From NCBI GenBank assembly GCA_002633005.1, contig NMRA01000251.1, forward strand, positions 446,636-510,635: 64,000 bases of DNA, written 5' to 3'. This document shows, piece by piece, positions 48,502 through 62,023 of the stretch (position 1 is its first letter; every line of letters begins with the position of its first letter). The position numbers and the translations under genes were made by a program. The notes beneath the pieces are model-generated. The model did not search any database and had not been told where the DNA came from. It worked only from the letters and a program-made list of their open reading frames with translations. This stretch comes from Phoronis australis. Taxonomy: Eukaryota > Animalia > Phoronida.

Positions 48502-51107
48502 CTGAAATAAGCAACAGGGAAGTTGTTATGAATGTGATGTATGGTTGATATACAGATGTTGTACTTGATGAATTATTCAGAGTAAACATTGGTTTCTGCT
48601 CTTGTTCCCAGGTCCAATTTATAATTATTTCAAACACTTGTCAGACATAGTTCCTGTCATTAAGTACACTAGATATACAAGTGTCCCTTTAACTGGCACA
48701 AGCAAAGCAGCGCAAACGCCACAGAATTGTGAGCATGGAAGGTTCTCAACCCAAAGGTCTAGACTTGCCCTTCTAGCTACTGCGGTCATATAGTTTGTGT
48801 CTTTGACTGGGCTGCATAAGTGAGAGTCACTCTTGACTGCCAAGTAACCTACAATACAAACGCATCCCTGACCAAGAGATTACTACAGAACACTGTTTCA
48901 TATACTCTACAGAACCTAGTGTTATCAGACAGCCCAATATGAGTGGCAGTTATAACTGGTAAGTAACCTGCAATACACTAGCATCTCTGAACAAGATGTT
49001 ATCAAAGGGCGATACCCTGTCCATACACCCTACAGAAACCAGAGTTAATAGCCAGCCCAATGAACTTGATGGCAAGTGAAAATTTTTCTTTACTCTGTTG
49101 TGTTTGATAGAAACAAGGATGTGCATGGACACTATGACTAGACTATAACACAAGAATAATTCACCCACGCAATAACTGAAACATCAACACCCTTCCCATC
49201 CCATAACTACATACATTATCTACAAACTACAGATATTGGCTACATTAATTGTCTTCGACGATTCTGCCGTGCCAGTCAGCATAGGCATCTGATTGGTTCT
49301 CTACTTCCGGCTTTTAGGCCAATCAGACGTCTCAGCCAGTTGAACCGGCGGAACCGGCCAAGTCAATCAAGTGAAGTCATTGCTATGGTAACCTTCTTCA
49401 ATTTTGCACACAATACAGTGGACAACTGAAATTTTATTTTCAGCAAATTTTCTTTTTAAGAAAAGCAGATCAATAAGAAATTTTTATATCACCAATAGCA
49501 TGATTTGTACCGCACACTTACACACTTAAATAAAATTTTTGAGCATTTGAACATGTAATAAGCCTTTAAAAATGGAAATTTTTCACGATTGCATGTTTTT
49601 GTACAAGATCACAGTATGATTATAATTTCTACAAATACCAAACCAGAGCCCTACATTAACAAGTTTCTTCCAATATTATCACCAATACATTGTGCATGAG
49701 CATGAAATATCAACTGCAGTCAACTTTAATTGTTACGCTGAACCTTATTATCTATGCCAGGCAAGTAGTATGATGAGAAGACTGTCCATGACCTCATTAA
49801 AGAACCATTGTTTTTGCAAGACAGTTTAACACAAGACTTCACCTACTCCTGCCAATCATGTCAATACCAAGAATAATAAAAACAGCACACTGGCTTAACT
49901 GACAGCGTTGAGACAATGAATCAATTAATAGGCTAACCTACATACTAAAAGGTTGAACCTGACAAGGAAACAGATACAGCCTCAATGTGCTTTGTCATCA
50001 CCTCGTCAGTGACATCGAATCAATTTAAAACACAATACCCGTTTTATCAAGATGGCTAATAACCAGTGAAGTCTTTTTGCAGTTGTCAGACCAAGTGTAT
50101 TTTAATGATGAGTTAAAGACATAGTCATGGCATGTAATTATGTTTTTAACCTGCCAACACACAGTGTCTTAAAGTAGAACTTGCAGGCTAATTGCGCATC
50201 TCGTTGATTGCTTAGCCAAATTAGTTAGAAAAACAACAAACAGCAATGATATTAATATGAAGTAGGTTGAAAATTGCCAAATGTTTTTAAGAATGAGTTT
50301 TGTGGCGAAAATGATCCATCGCAAAGCACTGAACCGTGTACATNTGTCAATGAATATAGCTGTACTTTGTTTAGTGTAGATGATGTTCAAATTGCATTGC
50401 ACTATCATTTAGTTCCTGCTATACATTGGCACAGTTAGGAGAATCCAAATACATCTTTAACAGGGTTTTAAAGCAATTCATGTCAAAGCAGACCAGTCTC
50501 CACCATGTGAAGTGAACAAATTTTTCGCATCTTTCCCAGTAAACTCTACAATTCTTCCTACAGTAAAAATATCTTTAGAAGCAGGATCGTCCAGGGATTT
50601 ACATTTCAGTTACATTGTTAATAAGACTGGTAGACAAAAAATAAACTTTAAGGTGTCTAAAATTGAGAAGGTGTTAACATAATTTGGGCCTCTGCAAAAT
50701 TGGAAATGATGGCAATAATTTTTGCGCGAAATAAGTAATGAATGATCACATCTGAGTGACCACAAAATTAGCCAACGAGGACCGACGTATCCAGCTAAAT
50801 AAATCGAGATATGAAACGTCCATGATGTCTGTAAGGCTATCCAACTCATTAATGACCACTGTCTGACTATTGATATGACCTGATTCAGTTGTTGTATAAG
50901 CCAATAAAGTCAACACACATAGAGTGTTGCTGAGTTGTAGCCAGTGTGTGGACAAGCCATGATATCGTCATATTGATGAAGGATACAAAGCAAAGACAGC
51001 CAGGGTTAGAATGCGAAAAGAGATACATGACTCTGACCAGCAACTTGTGCATATCAACAAATAAAGATGAATTATATTCTGATTACCTGGCTAAAAAGGA
51101 AATTTAA

Positions 51108-52435
51108 GGTTATCTTCAATCTTATTCACAAAAAACGGCCATTTTTACAACATTTCACATGTATCTAGTAAAATACCTTATCTTCATTCTCAGTGAACTT
51201 CAAATACAAAATATATACTGCGTAGCGAGAAAAAAGATTTAACAGAACCACCTTGGAACCGCACAACCGCGTGGACATTTGTTTACTACTTATCCGAGGT
51301 CAAAGGTTTAAGGGCTTTCAATCAAATCGAATCTCCCGCCAGGTACAAAACAGCCTTTCATTCACAAAATTGCCATAACATTGAGTAAACGAGGTGTACT
51401 TATGGTAGAATGGTGCCGGGGAAAACAAAGACAAAACGTAGTTTTGATCCTAAATGAGTTGTGCGTCTACATGCATACGACCGTTGGCGTTGAGAACGCA
51501 TGCTACTGTTGCCTAAGGCCTCCGTGGTCATGAAGACAGCAAGTTGTGAAAAGAGATAAATGCTCACCCTAACTCCTTCATTCAATTACTAAATTGACAT
51601 TTCAATGTTTCGGTCTCGAGCTAAGGACATGCTTTAACCACCGATTCGAATTTTGTTATCCATTTCTTACTTGGTTTCGTATCAAGTCTCCCAGCACGTG
51701 ACGTGTACAGGTTATGTGTATAACAATGAACTGTGAGCTATTTACATATAAAAGTAGGTCAAATGTCACGAACAACAGTAGTTAGCTTTGGAACGGTACG
51801 TTTTAATGATAATTAAGTTAATAACGCACTGCAAAATCAGTTGACATTGCGAGTGAATGTTGCAATAGCAAACATATTTAAGGCTTGTATAGGTTATGTG
51901 TACCGAAAACACGTTTTCACCAAATAATTAACCGAAGACCAAGATTTTCACTTGTCCCAGTTTAATCGGCTTTTTCTCAGCTTCATCAAATCGACTGTAT
52001 TTGAACTTAAGAATACAAGTTCTTGAAAACGGCTCGGTGGATTTCGCGGAAACTTTCCAAATTTAATATTTAGTAATCAGTCTCAAAAATGCTGTTAGGA
52101 TTTTCAATATAAAGGCCCATTTTTGGCGTAATGTAACAAAGACGAATACGACTTGCGTTTTTACAAAAATACCTTACGTTTTGTGAGTTGATTTGTCATA
52201 GAAACCAAACAAAAAGACTAATTGAAAATTCCTAACAGCGTTTCATTAAAATCGACGGAGGGGTTATTTTGCTATGAATGTACCTTTCTTAAAAATTTAA
52301 ATTTTGACTTAAAAAAGGTTTTTACGTAAAAATAATAATGGTACATTAATACAAAAAGTATTTTCATATTCCCTACTCTTTTTTCTTTAAATATACTAGT
52401 TAGAATAGAGGCCACTAAATAAGGTTGGAGATACC
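51108..52435. mobile_element. Complete 1.3-kb TTAA-flanked non-autonomous element (Kolobok-like)
   Basis: TTAA|GGTTATCTTCAATCTTATT ... AATAAGGTTGGAGATACC|TTAA imperfect TIRs; truncated copy at about 46682-47281. Confidence 0.75.
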
Positions 52436-53759
52436 TTAAAAGACATCTAATACTCTATTTCCTCAAAGTAACTAAGACTTGGCTTCTGTTACCAGGAAGA
52501 CAATAAAAGCCCACAAAAGGTCCAAAACACATTGGAAAATCGCCTTTTTGTAGGGGTCACCAAGACTCATGAGAAATATTTAGAACTTTACTTATAACTG
52601 GTTAGACACCAATTTGGGGTAGCTTCAACATGTCAATGTTTTCAAACGGTGAATCTTTTCAGTTAAGAGATCAAACTTTGTTTTAAGAGACAGCAAAATG
52701 AGACGAGACGCAGCTTTAACTATGACAAAGTTCATCAATTTCGGACAAAAATAATTGGCAAATTTGTTTTGTTTACATTTTTCAAGGGCTTCTAACATGA
52801 TGGTGAATGTTTACAATTTTTCAAAACATTGTTTGATGGCAGCTACGGTAGAGCACTTGGACAAAGAAAAGCATTAATTTGGTGATAGAAGTATTCTTTC
52901 ATGGAGAAAATGAGAAAATAAAAATTCCCATGTCCGCCATACTGTGTCCGTAGTTGGTGAAATTTTATTGAAACACATAGAAAGACTAAAATAAGTAGAC
53001 CGTAGTTCCATGCTGTTAATAAAAATCTATACGTATACAACTGTTCATAGCTTTGAATGCTTTACCCTGAAGAGCAATATTGAGGATGCGTGTAACCCAT
53101 CTCACGCCTGGCTAAAAGGTTTGATTAAATAATTGTACTTAGGCTTGCAATTTCAGTGTCAAGCAACACTACACGTTGAAATTACTGTCAGTCCATGCTC
53201 GGGTAAACCACCACGTTTTCAAAAATTTCCTGTTAATTGCATTCTATATTGTTCAGCTTAAGGCCACAAATTCATTTTAGACTTCTCAACGTAAATTCCT
53301 GGAAGTTCAACGGAATGGATGGAATGGACGGGTTAGTAGTAGGAGTAGCTATCATTTTGAAATTTACGTTAACAAGTTCAAATATTTGTCACTGATAAGT
53401 TTGTCGTTAACTAAACAACGTCAATCAACAACAGACCATAAAATATTATGAACTTGTTAACTTAACACTACCATCTAGTTCCCTTAGTTCTCATATTTTA
53501 TCTACCATTTACTGGTTGAAACAGTTTCTAATACAATGTTTACAGGAGAGGCACAAAGTTCGCAGGAGAGGCACAGAGTTCACACGACAGGCAAAGTGGC
53601 AGCATTATCACTAGCCTAAAAATGCCAGTGTTTTAATTTGTTGCCTCACAAGAATCGCCTTTAAGACATCTCAAAACATATTCAGTCTCTGCCATACATG
53701 AATTGATGAACACGGCTATAGATATAAGCATGAAAGTTTTGAGACATCCAATTGAGGTA

Positions 53760-54835
53760 TCAAAATACAGAAAATGAAAGTGCTCCGAGGAGCGACACTT
53801 GGCGAAATTAACCAAAAAAAACACATTAGAGATGACCCGAAAAGACGACGACAGAGATGATGACAAAGATGACTGATATGATGACGATGGTGACGATGAT
53901 GGACAATGCAAGTTATGATATTATTCATATGACGAACGTAGATGTCAGAAATCACTAAGAGATAGGCTACAGTCTTGAGCGACACTTGGCGAAATTAACT
54001 GAAGAGAAGACGACGTCGGAGATGGTGACCACGATGACAAATATGATGATGGTGGTGGAGATGATGAACATCATCGTAACATTCATATGACGAACTTAGA
54101 TGTCATAAATCATTAAGAAATAGGCTACAGTCTAGTTCAATAGAAGCTAAACCAACATCAATGCACTCAACAAAGGAACAGCGTTATCAGAAATCTCAAA
54201 TGAAATAACTCGAAAAGTAGACGTCTTAGCAAAAAATGAAAAACATCTTCTGAAAGCCCTTTCAAAACTATATCTAAATTGATAGTATCACACAATTCCG
54301 TAATTTTTTCGAAAAAAATTAAATTTCGCGTTTTTTTAAAGAAATTCAAAGTCAAATATCTCGAAAATGGTAAGTCTGAGAAAAAAGTGTTACAGTTCAT
54401 TTGAAAGGGTATACCTTAGAGAATTCACATGCAAAAATTCAAAGGAATTGGCCCTATATTGCGCCCTCTACAGGAGAAAACGTTTTTTTCCCGAAATCGA
54501 GGTGCGCATGCGCGAATGCCAATATTTCCGCCATCTTTAACCGGAAGTAAACAATTTCCGGTACACATGTAGTGCACATCTGGTCCATTAATTGGGCAGA
54601 GTTTCAAATCTGTACATAAAAAATTGTAGCCTCCAGAAGCCTTTGAATCTTAAAATGAAAACAAAATGGCCACCACAGCCGCCATCTTGGATCCTATTAT
54701 GACGAAAAACAATAGGCTTCCAGTACTTCCGCAACTACGTGTTATGTGTAAATTTCGTCATGATTGGACGAAAATTGCGACCTGTATCGTGGAAGAGCAA
54801 CTTACTTGGCGAAATTTAATTTCGCCAAGTAAAAA
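53760..54835 (+). mobile_element. HINE-like element with an internal tandem unit of about 190 bp and a terminal hairpin
   Basis: Two units starting GAGCGACACTTGGCGAAATTAAC (about 53788 and 53976); CAAAATGGC/GCCATCTTG motifs; end hairpin ACTTGGCGAAAT-TTA-ATTTCGCCAAGT followed by AAAAA. Confidence 0.55.
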
Positions 54836-54852
54836 TTAAGTCCAATACTCAA

Positions 54853-55111
54853 ATACCGGAATTAGCTTACTTGAGTTAGTGACGTTGCATCCATCTCTCA
54901 CGGACTTCAGTTTGGCTAGTGGTGTTGCTGTCGTTGTGGTCAATAGGTGATATTTAACCAGACGACACCGCATCGAAGTCATAGGGCAGTGTCCTGACCT
55001 AGATACCGCAACGTTGAAACACCACCTATTGACCAGAACAATACTAACACCACTAGCCAGTCCGTGAAAGACAGACGTAACATCGCTAACTCAAGTAAGC
55101 AAATTCCAGTA
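54853..55111. mobile_element. Fold-back MITE of about 260 bp
   Basis: GCTTACTTGAGTTAG ... CTAACTCAAGTAAGC, with nested pairs GGCTAGTGGTGTT/AACACCACTAGCC and CAATAGGTG/CACCTATTG. Confidence 0.7.
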
Positions 55112-56797
55112 TATGCCTTAAGTTTTTTCTGTATGGTGATACATAAACGTATGACCTAAGAGTGCGTGTCTTTTGAGGTAAGCGATCTGGATACATAATT
55201 GCTCACGATAACAAGATAACAACGTCAGTTTCCGAGTATTTCTAACTCCTGGCAAGGGTGACACTTGTAACCTTTCATATGATAGGTATTGCTAGAGAAA
55301 ACACTCGCCTTTTAGCCAGTTTATGAATGGGAGAGAGGGTACAACCGTTTGCCTCAGTCCAAAGTAGACAATTGTCAGTGAAGTTTTGCTTGCAGATTAA
55401 CTACCGGTGTTAACCTTTCCCACTTACCAAAACTTGGGTAAAAGTGAAGTTTCACCTCTAATGACAAAGCGACTTAAGTCAAGGTTTTAATGGTACACCA
55501 ATTAACTATCAGTATGCTTTAGAGACTGTTTAGAGTGTAATCAAGGTGATTACCTAACTAGCACGCAATTACAACAGAATAATGGAGTTTTACGTAATCA
55601 GTGGAAAGGAGGCGAAAAAACCTTTGACAATGAGATTCCTGTTGGAGTAATTATACACATATACAGAGGTCGGATGTTTACTTTCAACTTCAAAAATTTG
55701 TCAACAAGATAAGAAAATGTGAATTCATCACAAGTACATCTTGTGTAACAGCCGTAAAAATGGAAATTTGTAATATTTTGATTATTTGCCGCAAAGATAG
55801 TTAGCTTTTCAAAAATGAAAGATGAGAAAAGTATAAATTTTGTGCAAATTTTCTGAAAGAATACCGTATTTAACACAGCAAGGGTTCAATTTGTGATACT
55901 AAGGTGGGGGCTTTTTACAAACCCCTCTTTAACAGTAACAATGTCATGCAATTTTGACTTAAAGGTGTATTTGCATGCTCCTAACTATGCTAATGTATAA
56001 CAATGCTATTTGAACATCATCTATGCTAAACAAAGTGCAATTGTATTCAATGACAACTTGTACATGTGAAAACAACAAATTCTGCAAATAAGTGACCCTC
56101 GCACTAATGACATACCTTGAGGGCTCACATAACCCGCATCATGCAGTGTTATTCCCCAACACCATGTCACGATACTTACCGGACACGGCTGAGTAATTTA
56201 CGGCGGATCACATTCCATGTAAAACTCGTTTTTAAAACTTTTAACAATTTTCAACCTACTTCATACTCATATCGTTGCTATATGCTGAGTTTCTAACTAA
56301 TTTGACCAAGCAATCACAGAGATAAGGAATTAGCGTGCAAGTTCCACATTAAGTGTCATAAAAAGTTGGATCATGTATCCATTACATAAAAATTTAAATT
56401 CAACAGAAAAAGGTTTTCTTGAACTAATATTAATTTCTCACTGGACCCATGATTTCTATTTGCCAGTTAGTGGCATTAAAAGCACTTTTCAAGGCAAGCA
56501 GCAAGTTGTGCACTAATTTTGAACAAAAATATTTGCCTAAATTGTCCGTTTTCAATTTTCAAGGGATTCTGACACTATAGTGAGTGGCTTCAATTTTTCG
56601 AAATGTTGTTTGCTGGTAGCTCCACCTCAAGTCCGTAATACTCCTCTCTTACTCCTCTCTTGGTGGCTAAATGTGAAATTTTACTGTATTTAGGTACTGG
56701 GCATGAAAGACGAAGCATTGCATTCTTTAACCTGAAGGAATCAATGATCAAGCATGACTATAACTGTTCTCATGAGAAACAGAAGCCAACCACTTAC

Positions 56798-56929
56798 CTT
56801 CACACTTCAACCCCTGTCTAACCAACCCCCACAGCATTTCGCCACAGAAGTCACAGAAGTGCGGAGACTTGTATGAGTGTACAAACAGCACATGAGGTCG
56901 TATCTGTAACTCCTCGATGGACGTGTTGG
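56798..56929 (-). CDS. PRKD: PRKD exon: C1a N-half
   Basis: [44 protein letters not shown]; phase 1-1. Confidence 0.95.
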
Positions 56930-57896
56930 CTAGAAAGGAACAAGTTTTTTGAATACTAGCGAAATATGTCATACAAAAATTGTGACCATTACATGACGCA
57001 TACCAACCGACATCGGTGTGTATGTATAAGGAAACACACACATACAAGTCACACAATATACAAGTTTGCTACTAAATCCAGATTAGTAATATTTAAGCAA
57101 AAAAACAGTTGAAAGATGGCAGAACCCAAGCTCAAAACACATTTGCAGAGAGCCAGTGAAAATATAAGTCAGTGGAACAAGCATACAAACTTACCCAGAC
57201 TGCACCACATGTTGGCATATTGCTTGTGATAGAACTTCACATACACAAGAAAACGCGAGAATGAGGATATTTTTTACAACCTTACACTTCAGTTTGAATA
57301 ATGACTGACTGACCAATCAACTTTCGAATTTGCCATTAAACAAATTACTACCAGTATTCATTTAATGAAACAACAACTGAATGTGGAAACAGTGCCATTG
57401 TTCAATATGATACAGAGGTCAACGAAGTTAACATACAAACCACCATGCATGACATGTATTAGTTTCAAACAACATGATTTAAAAATGTGAAATAAACAGA
57501 AAAAAACGATAGACAGAGAAATTGGGAAATAACGTGAATTTCAAACAGTCTGCACGATTTTACAAACAAAAGGACTTGCTTCAGTAGACCCAGGAGGTCA
57601 CAAAGTAAGTCAGCTGTATGATAGTAACAACAATATTAGGACAATGGAGCCATAGGCACATTTCACAGTAAATACGCGCCCCTGTGTTAAACAAACCTAA
57701 ACCAGAAGCTTTCACCTCCAATTGGCCTCTGTACAAAATACTTAAAAACAAAAAAATTGTGATAGCTTAGTTTTAAGGGTATATTTTTCCTATCAGGAAT
57801 TGCCCTCATAGAATCAAATGGATGGGATCATTGCCACTGGAAACTCTGCGTAACTACCAAAGACACGCTAATATCCTACAAGAGAAGACATCTTAC

Positions 57897-58035
57897 CTGA
57901 CAAGACGACCTCAATGAGGACACCTTCAGTCACTTCGCTAGCGTTGGTGACCAGTTTAAGTAGTTCAGCCTCGGCACCGTCATGACGGAATAGTAAGATC
58001 TTATCGCTCAGGCCATAGAAGTTATGCTCCGGAAA
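57897..58035 (-). CDS. PRKD: Protein kinase D exon: ubiquitin-like dimerization domain
   Basis: [46 protein letters not shown] matches the PRKD1 N-terminal [19 protein letters not shown]...IEVVLS; AG/GT flanks. Confidence 0.93.
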
Positions 58036-58636
58036 CTAGAAAGGAAATGAACACGTGAACAAAATGGTGTTAGACAGGACATCATATTAAACACTGCAGT
58101 TCTGCTAACCATAAACACACCGTAGTCCTGTAAAATGACAGATTTGTAGAAATTTGTATGAGGGCCGGTCAAATATCTTATCTAAGAACAAGGCATACTT
58201 CATTGTGATCATGCCATTCCTATGGTAAGTAGACATCTAGACACAATCAAAATTTAACTCTATGATTTTCTTTTTCTTTTCTCCTCTTCACATTGTTGAA
58301 ACAAGTCCGCAGGACACCGTTAATTAACTACTGTACAAATCACATGTATGGATTGAAAATACCACAAAAAGTTCAAAACTGCAGAGATGAACACACATTT
58401 CATTAATTAAAAACAACTGCATTCTTCGTGTCTATAGAGAACCATGTATAAGCCATTACAAAGACCTAAAGTAATAGTGCCAACCTGGCTGTTTTTAATA
58501 CATTTACAAAGGCACACTCTCAGACTTCCACCAACTTTCTACGGTAATTTTGCACTTATTAAAACTCACCACATTTACCACATCCAAAATAACCTGTAAA
58601 AATATTAGTTTGTCCCTCATGTATTTTGCACATTAA

Positions 58637-59138
58637 AGGGCCGGTCATACTAACGTCAACACGTCGATGGTTTGGGGAGTTGCGGTCAGTATGAATGCTT
58701 AACTCCAGTCCTGGATCAAAGTAAACAGCTCCAGTTAACATCGCTGTTAACAGGTGGATTTAACAGCGCAGCAACAATGCTGCAGTGCAGTATGAACGGT
58801 TAACTTTGGTCCAATCGAAGTTATCGCCAGGTGTCACTGTTATTGTCAACAGTTACAGGGTAGTGCCACCACTAATAGCTGCTTATATTTTGCTCTAATA
58901 ATAACCAATCGATTTAAAAATAACTTCAATGTCAGTCAGCACATGTAAATGTTCCCAAATTGTCACATTGAAAAAAATCCTAGCGTGCAGCGCTACCTTG
59001 CGATAACTTTGATGACGACAGCGTCACCTACTGTTTACTTCGATGTACATTAACTACCGGAGCCAATAAGAATGGTCCAGTTAACTTCGCTGTTTACGTC
59101 AACGCTCAGACCGAAGTTAAGTCAATATGAAAGGGCTT
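58637..59138. mobile_element. MITE with short TIRs and internal palindromes
   Basis: TTAAAGGGCCGGTCATACT ... AATATGAAAGGGCTTTAA; repeated CCAGTTAAC.TCGCTGTT. Confidence 0.45.
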
Positions 59139-59244
59139 TAAGGCTACTTTGTGAGAATTTCATTCCTCACCAAATTCACACAGCACAAATTTGAAAATAT
59201 CAAGGCAAAGCCTGGTCATTAATTCTAGCAATACGTACCTCTTT

Positions 59245-60488
59245 AAGGTTACTTATTTCAAACCCTTCAAAACCTTTGTTCTAATCCCTATACCAAAAAC
59301 AGGCTATGTCAACTAGTAAAAGTATTCTAAAAGAAAAAAGATCAGTGATGATGATAATATGTTTAATATTTATGTGTCATTATTATTAATTCGTAATCAC
59401 CTCTTAAGTCAAAATTTCATTTTTAAGAAAGGTACATTCACAGCAAAATAACCTCTTGGTTGATTTTAATGAAACCCTTTTTAAATGAAAATTTCAGAAT
59501 TTATCTCGAAAACGTTGTTAGGGATTAGGCGTTTAAAAGGAAAATCCAAACAGCGTTTTTGAGATTCATGAATGAATATTAAAATTGGAAAGTTTCAGTA
59601 AAATTCACCAAGGCGCTTTCAAGACCTCGTGTTCCTAAGTTCAAATTAAGTCAATTTGCTGAAGTTGCGAAAAGCAGAAAACATTGCTTGTCTTCAAAAT
59701 CAGGCACTTATCACTTAATTATTCAAAGAAAACTTGTTTTTGGTCAATGTAACCTAACCATGTTCGCTACTTCAACATTCACTCACAATGTCAACAGATT
59801 TTGCAGTGCGTAATTAACTTAAGTATCACTAAAATGATTTAACTTTGTGAACATATCTGGAGTATAACTAAGACAAAGGTGGGGACAGGTAAGTTGTGAT
59901 ACACACCACACACCGAGAGTCTGATATCAAGAAACCTAGTAAGACATGGACAACAGAAATCGAGTCTGTGGTTAAAGCACGCTGTGAGCACGAGATCAAA
60001 CAGCGAAATATCAAATTACCGATTAAATTAATGAATTTGTGTGAGGGTTTATCTTTTTTCACAACTCGCTGTGTTAGTGAACACTAAGTCACTGAGGAAG
60101 GGCGGCGACTCGGTACACTCGCTCTCAACAGCTGTATCCATGCAGACGAAAACTCCCTCAGGATCAAAACTATGTTTTGTATTAGTTTTTCGCGGCATCT
60201 TTCTATGCTATGTACACATCACTGACAAAATATTATGGCGACTCACTGAATGAAAGAACTGATACAGAGCTGCTCTGTGCCTGACAGGAGACTCGATTTG
60301 AGTGACAGCCCTGTAACCTTTGAACTTCGATAAGCACTTAACAAATTTCCTAGCGGTTGAAGGTGGTTCTGTGAATCTTTTTTCTCGATATACAGTATGC
60401 ATTTTGAGAATGAAGATAAGGTCTGTTGCTAGATATATTTGAAATAATGTAAAAGCTGCTAATTTTTATGAAAAATGTTCAAAATAAC
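59245..60488. mobile_element. Third copy of the same family, same orientation as the 8621 copy
   Basis: Shares TTCAAATTAAGTC.ATTTGCTGAAG and GGTTAAAGCACG.TGTGAGCA.GAGAT with 9120-9640. Confidence 0.7.
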
Positions 60489-60600
60489 CTGAACAATGCT
60501 GGACGACCTTTACTATCCGTTTAGTTACCGTTTAGTTATATGATTAAACAATGAACTCAGGTATGATACGCACTTGTATAGTATCAAGTACCTAAATCAC

Positions 60601-62023
60601 AGGCGAGGAACAACATGACCGCCAGTCCTCCAAATCTGACTCACCACAAAACAGTACCTACGGGGATCAAATGGGACCGCCGCACCAGAAAATGGACCAA
60701 CGCACCTAACAACATGACCACCCACCAAAAAAACAGGACCGCCAGGGACTGAAACCACAATAACAAACAGGCTAAGTTTTATTGCCAGTCAATTACTGTA
60801 GGCCTACACAGATCATACAATGGGTCTTTATACATATGCATATGCAGGTCGTATGATGATTAAACCACCAAAATCTTTGGTGCGGAACAGGACACTTCGC
60901 TTTGTAAAACGCGGCGCTTTTGAGTTTTATTTCGCCAGGCTCTGCTGCGGTATGCGACTTAACAACTGAACGAAGGTCAACATTTAAAATTAATAAATCT
61001 AACCACAAATAAACCACATTGCACGCTTTTGAGCTAAATAATTATAATTTTATCTACTACTTAAGTTTTAGAATAAAATGAAATTCATTTTCTCCAATTT
61101 GACGTTTTAGTCAAGTAAAACAAAAACGGACATTCTGGCTCTCGCGTGAAGCATCATCATTACTAGCCCTTGTGTAAAAAACTGATCAAGTAAAATCTTC
61201 ACAGAATTAGATAAGTGTAATTAAAGACACTCTTCCTTGAGTAACTAAATTATTATCGGCGCTCGGGAAAAATTGTCGTTATTCTGCTGCTAAAATTGTG
61301 ATGTGTTCCATTAGGTCGGCTTTCAATGGCTAGTTTCTTTTTTCCCTGATTCTTCAATCAGCTATTCTTCTCTTTTACGAGGTTGCATACATGGCACAAC
61401 AAATTATCGAAACAGGTTTTTTAGTTATTAGATTTTAGTATTTAATACGAGCAGACCGAATTTGAGAACAAATCATGCTGCGGCGGAGTTGTCATCATCT
61501 TACGAAAGATGTCGCAAAATCTTAGGAAATGGCGCGCTTCTTTGTTACAATTGGCAAAGAATTATGAAAGGAAATGATATTCATTAAATTGTTGTTCACT
61601 CAAATGGCCGCAACCTGCAAGGTGAGTGCTAATTTACTCCTAGATTTTGCATGCGCCTACATGTTGATATAAGTTTTACGACAAGGCAACGAGCAGAACT
61701 ACCCGGGCTGTGGAAAATTTCGGGGTCTAACTACTCTAACAGAGCTCAACACGGAGTGCTACCAAGCTGTATTTTGACGACAGTCTTTACACAGCTAGCT
61801 GATCAGTTACGTCATAACCCGCAGTATCACACAAAGGCATTGATAACTACATTTTGTCTGGCGGTCATGTTCAGTCTCCGGCAGTCCTGTTTGTGGTGGG
61901 GCGGTCATGTTTTTAGGTGCGTCAGTCTCATTTTTTGGTGCGGCGGTCCCATTTGATCCCCGTAGGTCCTGTTTAGGGTGAGTCGGTCCGATTTGGAGGA
62001 CTGGTTGTCATGTTTTTCTCACC
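60601..62023. mobile_element. 1.4-kb element with TIRs of about 150 bp
   Basis: CCTACGGGGATCAAATGGGACCGCCGCACCA at about 60656 is the reverse complement of TGGTGCGGCGGTCCCATTTGATCCCCGTAGG at about 61936. Confidence 0.75.

Larger units (their letters stand above)
42876..51707. repeat. Tandem duplication of about 4.4 kb (42876-47281 and 47283-51707)
   Basis: Near-identical direct copies separated by a single n at 47282; duplicated ORFs are visible in the ORF track. Confidence 0.95.
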
